The translations under genes were made by a program, and so were the position numbers. Source: Octopus sinensis (Eukaryota). From it: a stretch of 64,000 bases of DNA. Within the stretch, counting starts at the first letter, position 1. Each line of letters begins with the position of its first letter. Below the pieces are notes generated by a model. The model worked only from the letters and a program-made list of their open reading frames with translations. It had not been told where the DNA came from and ran no database searches. Of this stretch, positions 55,157 to 64,000 are shown in pieces. Location of the stretch: positions 62,744,001-62,808,000 of the forward strand of contig NC_043004.1 in assembly GCF_006345805.1 (NCBI RefSeq), in the 5' to 3' direction.

Positions 55157-58135
55157 CACACTTTGATAAGCATTGATCCAAATACTTCTCAGCTTTGCCA
55201 TAAGTTGCCCTCTGCTCGTTAGTGAAAAATAGATTTGCTATAGATCCTCTACTCAGAGCAAATAATGTGGTTTCCCTATAATAGTAAACACATACTTAAA
55301 TGATAGTATACAATGTGATATAAGAATCTATCCTCAAACATAGACTACTGTGTGTAGGCAATCATGAAGTTATGTACCAAAGCAAAAAGTTAAATGCAGT
55401 GATGTATACTCTTTATTCAGAATCGGGAACAAAACGTTACCGAAAAGGCGTCCATCATTTGTCAGTCATAAAGGATTGTTGATATTACAAGGTAATACAG
55501 GACCATATAAGTAACACGAAGAGGTATGTCATAAAATATGAAACTTTTACCTCTCTTGACCTTCTTCCAGTTATCACCCTTTCTAACTGTTGAAGCATTT
55601 TTTATACTTGAAAATAATTTATTAACTGTCTAGAGTACAAAAATGATGAAGTTGTTCAACTAAATGGGATTTGTAATAAATAATTAGGAGCTAATGTTAG
55701 TTTTATTCACACAGTTAAGACGAAGCAAGTCTTAATCTCTCTCACATATTGATGTGCTACGGTCATTTCTTTCGCACCTAGATGTATATTTTCACTATTT
55801 CTTCCGTCTCTAAACATTTAGTTGAAACCCTATAACGAACAAGTTTCCCTTTATTTGTTTCGAGGGCAAAAGTCACATAATTGTAAATTATAATTCTTCA
55901 TTAAATTTCTCTTTTGTCATTACCATTTCTCTCGATTTTTGTCAGAATCTATGATTATCTGTGAGGTTTCTTCCATGAAGGGCGACAACGAATATTCATC
56001 TTTTGCATTTTCTCACTATATTTCCACGAGAGGATAGGGAATGTGTCTTTCCTAAGGAATTCACCAGGATAGCGATTCGACGGTAAAAGAACTATTCACA
56101 TTTAAATATACCCGCACACATATACATTGTGCATATATACATATATACATACACGGATCAACCAAAAAGATTCAAAAAGCGTTGGTCTCTCGTAGATTCT
56201 AGCGAAAGGCATTTCCAATAATGCTTTCGAGTGAGTCACATGATCGGGAAGTATTTTTCTTACAAAACAGACATGTAATCACCAATAAAATTGTGTGTAT
56301 ATATTTATACACACTCACACACACCTAGATGGAGGTCTAACTTAAACTCCCGCATAACATCTTACTAATCCGTGTGCCGGCATCTTAAAAAATATATAAT
56401 AAATAAATTTAACTCAACATTCGATATTGAATTTCACTATCTACAAATGTGTTCTAATACTAAATCTTGCTTTACAATTTCGTTGAATTAGCATACAAAC
56501 CATAGAAGTTCGCAAGCCACACACAAACGCACAAGTGTATGCAGACACACCAGTACACATATATTAACATACACGTAAATGTTTTGTACGTGTTTAAAGT
56601 GCAACAAGTAAATATCAGGTCTCCTATTTACTGCCATTGAATGGTTTGTGATTAAAAAACGGCAGACTGTAAAAGCTAACGAGGCCATCACATGATTTGC
56701 AACTCTAAATGAAAGAAACGTCACTGTTTCATTGCATCTGAATGAATCTACCTAATTATGACTCCAAGGGTCCGTGGAGAGCCTGGATATCTAATTCACT
56801 ATGGAGATTCGACTGTTGATGTCACAACTAACCGTGAAAATATGGAAAGCTTTGGATAGTACGGCTTACATATACATACAAGCTTAAATTGACGTAAACA
56901 CACACACAGTCACACGCATATGAATAGACAGAAGAGTGTTACCTGTCTATACATGCATATATATTTATATGTGTGTGTATATATGCATGTATGTATGTGT
57001 TTGTGTGTGTGTGTAGGTGTGTGTGCGTCTGTGTGTGTGTGTGTACGATTCAGTTGAATTAGGTACTTAAATTGACGCACCTTGTTAGGTTGGAATAATA
57101 TACACATACAACATTGTTATGTAAATAGCAAAGTTGGTACGTAAATGACAAATGATATTTTTGCAGCGTATGGAGACATTAGACAGCTGAGTGAAGAAAT
57201 CCGCTCCTGAGCTATTCAGACATGTACATTAAATTGAATATACGGTCCATAATATTTACAGTATCGTCAATCCATTACAGCCGTTTCTAACAGCTCCTTT
57301 AATTGATTCTGCTTCTATTTCAGTTGACAAAATAGGTTGACCAGAAGAGTGTATATGTGATCATAACAGAGTAATCTAGAGGGTAGTATAGTTTTTAGGT
57401 AGTGGAAATAATAATTAACTCAGTGACCTACTTAGATTTGTTTCCATCATGAGAGGTGTGCGCAGCTCCATTAGTCTAAGTTAATCTCTTAAGAAGTTGT
57501 TTAATGTCTACTGGTCAGCGGTAAGAAAATGATTTGTGGCCAGGTCCACCTACTAAATTATCAAGGTCATCTGTGATGGAACCGATATAGAAGCTTTATC
57601 TCCACAAGGCGACAAAGCAATGGGTATTAACAAGGAAGTAAAAATAGGGTGGGTCGATAAGAAGAAAAAAGATAGTAAGGAAGAAAGAAAAACTGACCAA
57701 CTACTTACCATAATAAGAATAAAAAGATTTGAAGGATAATGTAATAAGGATTGTGGGGGTAAAGCTATAAGCTATGACTAGGAATAATTGCATGGTAATA
57801 AAACGAATCTACTACAACTAAGCAGAGATGTTATATAGAAATAAGAGAAATTAAAAATTAATATAGGTAAATAATTGAAAGGTACATAAAATTATATGAA
57901 AAAGATATGCTCTAAGATAAAAAAGTAATCAGGAAATTAAAAATTCTAAGTAATATAGATAAATATAAATATTATTAGGGTGAAAATAGTGTATGAGATT
58001 TGTAAAAGAGATACCCAAATAAATCAAAGTAAATATGTTTTTGAACAAACGCACTAATTACGAGAGGGTGAAGATAAGACATATTGAATATTAAGTATTA
58101 AATATCAGGTACATGATTAAACATTATTTAAAATA

Positions 58136-58435
58136 TCTTTATATATAAAAGTGAAGTTTTGTGTCTGTCTCCTACGATTTAGATTCCTAACTACTCCCAG
58201 ATTTTGCGGTGCAGTTTAACCAAAAGCGGGTATCTTATAGTTGTGATTCATATCGAGCCCTTCTGGATATTAGCGCGCGTCTACGATGAGTCTACGATTT
58301 AAAAATAAATTACCATCATTTTTTTCCCTTTTTAATGCATTTCTTTTTGCTATTATATAAGGGAAGTAACTCTCTAAAAATGCTTATATAGTTATTTCCC
58401 TTACAAACCCGAGCAACGCCGGGGATTACTGCTAG
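58136..58435 (+). mobile_element. Non-autonomous Helitron
   Basis: A|TC start, CCCG-agcaacgc-CGGG hairpin at 58408-58423, CTAG|T end; homologous to 4818-5195. Confidence 0.82.
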
Positions 58436-58702
58436 TTATATATAGAAGTGTATTTAGATATAAAAATAAGACTGAAATAGTAACCGAATCTCAGTATAAG
58501 TTTTTGCTCTGTGGATTTTAAATTATGTTAAATCCTTTCCAATATCCTTAATTTTGAAGTTCAGGAATTCATCTGACGTAACGGAAACGGTTTCTCAACA
58601 ATAATGTAATGTTTTCGTTAATCAATTAAAGGAAACGTTAGAAACCGCCGTAATGGATCGATTCGAGTATCTGTACTGTTACTCATTTATCTATGTGTGT
58701 GT

Positions 58703-58754
<52 letters not shown>

Positions 58755-58793
58755 ATATATATATATGTATGTATGTATGTATGTACGTATGTC

Positions 58794-59170
58794 GTGGCTG
58801 TTTGGTAAGAATTTTGCTACACAACTACATAGCTCCGGGTTGAGTCCGACTGCGTGGCATCTTACGCAAGTGTCGTCCAGTATGGCCTCGGGCCGACCAA
58901 TGGCCTGAGAGCAGAATTGTTAGAGGGAAAATGAAAGAAGCCCGTCGTATATATATATATGTATGTAAATGTTTTGTTCTTTGTTTCCCCCGCCCACTAT
59001 CCCTTGACAAACGATGCTGGTGTGTTTCCGTCCCCGTAAAATAGCGGTTCGACAGAAGATGAGACCGACGGCTAAGAGCCAAGCTTACAAATACTAAGTT
59101 CAGGGGTAGATTTATATGACTGAAAGGCGGTGCTCCAGGTTAACCCCAGTCAAATGAGTGGAAACAATAA

Positions 59171-59175
<5 letters not shown>
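58794..59175 (+). mobile_element. SINE family B (diverged)
   Basis: Same collinear motifs as 42920-43335. Confidence 0.75.
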
Positions 59176-59210
<35 letters not shown>

Positions 59211-59646
59211 GGGTCAGAGAGAGAAGGGGAATTTCCGGTGGCACTCACAAATTTCTGTATAGTGTTCTTAGCTTTGCTTTGCCGGCAAAATCAAGAAATA
59301 ATACAGAGCTGACTGAAAGATATTTAAGGTTATTATCTCGAGCACGAAGGAATATAAAACCGTTTACATGTCCTTTACTATGGTTTAGTATAGATGAAGC
59401 TAATGCAGAAACGCACACACACTCACAGACACATATAGATATTTATGCTTAGATGTATGCGTGTGTCTAATTGTCTTAAGCCTAACGTATAGAAATCATC
59501 ACACATATACTCGCAAGTCTTACACCCTGACAGGCACTTGCATACATATACTAAGACAGAAACACACAAATATACACCTCAGACATATCCCTCTGTCCCT
59601 CTGTCAGTGTCTCTCTCTTTAGATGTGTGTTGAGTGCGTGTGCGTG

Positions 59647-59683
<37 letters not shown>

Positions 59684-60259
59684 ATGCGTGTCAGTTGGAA
59701 CGAAAGTTTATATCTAGTGTCACACATACACATACAAACACACACAGTCATCAGCGCAGACACACACAAAACCAAAGAGCATACATACTCATATACATAT
59801 GTCACGTCGTCGTCGTCGTTGTGGTATAAGATGTCGTTAAGGATAATTGCTGTATAGAAAGATTATAATATTGCCTTTTTGAATGCAAATATGGAAATTG
59901 AAATAAATTTTATGCGGTAGCCTAAAGATTGCTGAAACTTTTAATGCCCAAGAAGTTAAAGATGCGAATTGAGATTTGGAATGCATAAGGAACCTACGCA
60001 TATACACAAAATCTGTTATATGTATATGTATACACCAGCACATACGCATATATACAAATATATGTATATATAAGCACACATGTATATGCAAATATATATA
60101 TGGATATATATATATATATGCGTATATAAATAGATATGTGTATATATATATGAATGTATGTTTATGAATATATATATATAATATATATAGGTATGTGTAT
60201 ATACATGCATATTCATATATGTGTATAAATGTATATATATACATATATATGTATACAAG

Positions 60260-60290
<31 letters not shown>

Positions 60291-60401
60291 ATATGTACAT
60301 GTATATATATATACACACATATATATATACATACACATATATTGGTACACACACACACACATACACACACACACACTCACACACACACACACACACACAC
60401 A

Positions 60402-60453
<52 letters not shown>

Positions 60454-60728
60454 TATATATACACATACATATAAAGAATAAGGAGAAAATTGAGTTATAA
60501 AATTAAAATCATTATAAGATGAATCTCTTCAGAAGTAGTAAATATATATAAATACATGTTGAGATAACTGCTATAAACCGTTACGTATATTAACGTATCA
60601 AGCACGGTTTATACCGTTACCTTATAGCTGAAGTGGCTATAGATTGGTATCTAACCACTATTTTCATTGATTTATTATGCCTTGATAAGTTTCATTAGCT
60701 TTACTTGATTACAGACACAGACACACAG

Positions 60729-60794
<66 letters not shown>

Positions 60795-60861
60795 ACACAC
60801 AATTTCAAAAATTTGATACTATCTATGATACAAGGTGTTTCCCCTATTTTGTCAAACCGTG

Positions 60862-60963
<102 letters not shown>

Positions 60964-61206
60964 GAGAGAGAGGTTAGACGGTGTGAGAGAATGTTTAAAC
61001 CACATGTAATATATATACGATACGCACTAGAGAATGAAGTGTATCTGTATACATCTTCACACACGCACTTTTTTCTCCTACTAAAGTAGAATCTTCATTA
61101 GTAGTAGAAGAAAGTGTGTGTGTGTGTGAAGATGTATTCAGATGCACTTCATTATCTATTTCGTATCGTATCTATATTAACTATTGCTTAAACATTTTCT
61201 CACCCC

Positions 61207-61254
61207 GTCTCCGATGAAGGGATATAATAAATATCCTGGAAACAGCTGTAAGAT
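61207..61254 (+). ncRNA. Minimal hammerhead-like motif with CCGAUGA core variant
   Basis: GTCT/AGAT stem I; CCGATGA 61211-61217; GGGATA/TATCCT stem II with A.G at its base; GAAA 61239-61242; palindromic CAGCTG; GUA site after 61250. Confidence 0.6.
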
Positions 61255-61315
61255 CTGCTTATAAATGTTCCAAATTTTTCACAGCCTTGTTTTTTTATAT
61301 CATTCTGAAAAGAAT

Positions 61316-61366
<51 letters not shown>

Positions 61367-61517
61367 TGTATGTGTATGTGAGTGTGTGTATGTGTATGTG
61401 AGTGTGTGTATGTGTATGTTTGTATGTATATACATATATATATGTATATATATATATATTATATATATTATATATATTATATATATATATATATGTGTGT
61501 GTGTGTATATATATATG

Positions 61518-61564
<47 letters not shown>

Positions 61565-61929
61565 TTACAAATATATAGATAAAGAAATATAGATATATTC
61601 ATTATACACACATGTATTAATGCTCACAAACACATACATATATATATGTATATATATATGTGTGTGTGTGTGTATGTGTATGTGAGTGTGTGTATGTGTA
61701 TGTTTGTATGTATATACATATATAGATATGTATCTCTACATATATATTCACTTACGTGTGTATGTGTACAACTATACACATTTTAAATATTTCATTCCCT
61801 AACCACACCTCCCAACCTGATTCGTTTCCCTTCCCCCACCCAAGCTCCCGCATTGCTCCTTATCCCCAAACACCTCCATCCTCACAGGCGCCCATCATCG
61901 TCCCCATCATATCCTTGACTCTTTACCTG

Positions 61930-62830
61930 CACTTCTAGCAACATTATTTACTGCATTTTCTGCTCTCTCCTTCTCTACACATCGGTCAAACGGGGCGCCG
62001 CTTGGATGACCGGTTCGCGAGGCATCTTCGAGATATTAGACTAGAGAATGACACCTTTGTCTCGCACGATTTCCTTTCTACCGGTAAATCATTATAACAC
62101 CTGTCTGTTTGCGGATTTTCTTTGCACAAGGGTCATTAGAACTCCCGCCTTCACCTTGCGCAAGAATTAATCTTCTCTCTTCGTTCTTTTGCCCCATATG
62201 GGCTCAAATCCCTCCCTTCTTCAACTCACTCCACTCCTCAACTCTCTTCATCTGACACCTACTTACTCACATCTCCTCTCCTCTCTGGTCCAGACACATA
62301 CTTGCTCTCTTCACTCCTATGTACCTTCTCCCTTCACTGATATCCCATCCATCCACACCCCATCGCAACTCATCCTACTCCCACATATCACAACACACAA
62401 ATACTCATTTTGCTTGGATAGAACAGATGATCTCAACTGTTAAATTTCTCTTCGTATAGAATACCCAGCACTTCCCAGCACTTCCCACACTATCATTAAC
62501 ACACCCACACATTACAGATGCACACACTTACACACGCACATATCCACACGTCAAAGACACCAGCCCTTATCCACACACACGCATTTAAGCACCCTCACAT
62601 ATGCACACGCACGTGCACTTTCACTTTGGAATCGCATAACCTTATTATCTCCCCTTCTTCCTAGATCTCCTGTGTCACTACAATTGTCCAAGCAGACGCC
62701 ATCATTGAACGCTAACTCCACTAGTTTGTTTTTATATTCTCTCTCTTTTTATTTCATCGTGTACTTTTCTGTTGAAGAGCGTAGGCGCAAAACGTAGAAG
62801 ACTTTCCACCTTCCCGAGCGTCAAACATGT
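61930..62830 (+). mobile_element. Penelope-like GIY-YIG endonuclease relic with pyrimidine-rich 3' region
   Basis: SSNIIYCIFC..(frameshift)..IGQTGRRLDDRFARHLRDIR..ELIFSLRSFAPYGL matches the PLE GIY-YIG consensus. Confidence 0.75.
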
Positions 62831-62862
62831 TTATAAACCCTTCTTCCTCTTTTGCTTTTCTG

Positions 62863-62964
<102 letters not shown>

Positions 62965-63199
62965 TATATATATATATGTATGTATATATGTGCGTGTTTA
63001 TATGTATGCATGTATATATATATATATGTATGTATATATGTATGTGTATATATATATATATATGTATGTACGTATATATATGTATGTATATACGTATGTG
63101 TATATATATATATATGTATACAAATATATGTATATATATATATATATGTACATATATATGTATATATATGTATATATATATATGTATATATATGTAATA

Positions 63200-63232
<33 letters not shown>

Positions 63233-63240
63233 GTTATATA

Positions 63241-63313
<73 letters not shown>

Positions 63314-63465
63314 GTGAAAAAACGGTATGGACGTTTTGTTTTGGTGTATCGCTATGCCACACTCGACTATGAGGATTTACCTTCCCAATGAAACTCGTTT
63401 TTTTCCAAAACTTTTTCTGAAACCTGCTATAATGTAATACATGTCTTTGGTGTGGTAATTGTACA

Positions 63466-63550
63466 CGGCTGAAGAAGGCTGTTGACCTACATGTTATATC
63501 AATTATGCATTGATATAAATTGTTCAATAAAGCCAGAAACATATGCATCG
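63466..63550 (+). ncRNA. Degenerate hammerhead-like motif with extended stem II
   Basis: CTGAAGA 63469-63475; GGCT/AGCC, GTTGA/TCAAT and ATATCAAT/ATTGATAT helices; GAAA 63536-63539; palindromic CATATG. U16.1 is C (GCA, not GUA) and stem I is only 3 bp. Confidence 0.5.
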
Positions 63551-63666
63551 CAAAATCCTTTGCATCCTGTTTTTCTTTTGATGAATATATATATGTATAT
63601 ATATATATATTTATATATATATATATATATGCACACATACATATATATACATATGTGTCCACATAC

Positions 63667-63707
<41 letters not shown>

Positions 63708-64000
63708 ATATTCTAAAACACTTTAACTCGTTGTTTTTCTGAGGTAATTTTATGCTGGATAATTTCAGAGATAATGTGATGTCTTAATTCTGAAAGCTTA
63801 CGATTACATCTCAATCATTCTAAGCTTGTGTATGAATCCATTTCAACATAACATTATTACATAATAGATTTCGACATCAAATCCATTATGTATTCATGGG
63901 CTTTTATGTTCTTTCGTTATATAGCTTGCAGATTCAAATGCGTTTTGTTTGAAGCCGATATAGAAGTGATCAATTTGAGAAGAAGGCCAAATGAGTAACG

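Noticed and set aside
55421-55523. Exon-like segment with AG and GT boundaries
   Set aside because: Stop codons in all three frames before the GTATGT donor; no receptor motifs.
55946-56040. Acceptor with a phase-1 frame of ~30 codons
   Set aside because: Ends in a stop, has no convincing donor and lacks TM6 features.
62772-62800. Possible hammerhead remnant at the end of the PLE relic
   Set aside because: C3 and G12 are both altered and stem I does not pair directly.

Overview
AT-rich, microsatellite-dense eukaryotic DNA. The repeat families and microsatellite load suggest a cephalopod mollusc (Octopus-like); this is inferred from recall, not a search. The only host coding sequence I can support is one 385-nt internal exon (12934-13318, +) of an orexin/allatotropin-type GPCR (end of TM3 to ICL3). 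No other exon of that gene was found in the 13 kb upstream or 50 kb downstream, so most of the window is probably intron. The rest is transposon debris: four tRNA-derived SINE families, CR1-clade LINEs of different ages, an R4/Dong-type LINE, Penelope-like (PLE) fragments, two non-autonomous Helitrons, a mariner relic with nested SINEs, and MITE/fold-back elements. The most notable signal is a set of type I hammerhead ribozyme motifs read directly from the sequence. Four have complete cores (499-598 +, 8684-8734 -, 36829-36919 -, 37191-37281 +) and two have a core substitution (61207-61254, 63466-63550). Three unrelated families carry a 60-69 nt extended stem II. Two loci place hammerheads in inverted pairs, including a 509-bp palindrome with one ribozyme per strand. 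(AT)n-bounded local duplications and inversions also recur and may be real or assembly artefacts. Nearly all listed ORFs are microsatellite translations. TE boundaries are approximate unless termini or TSDs are quoted.
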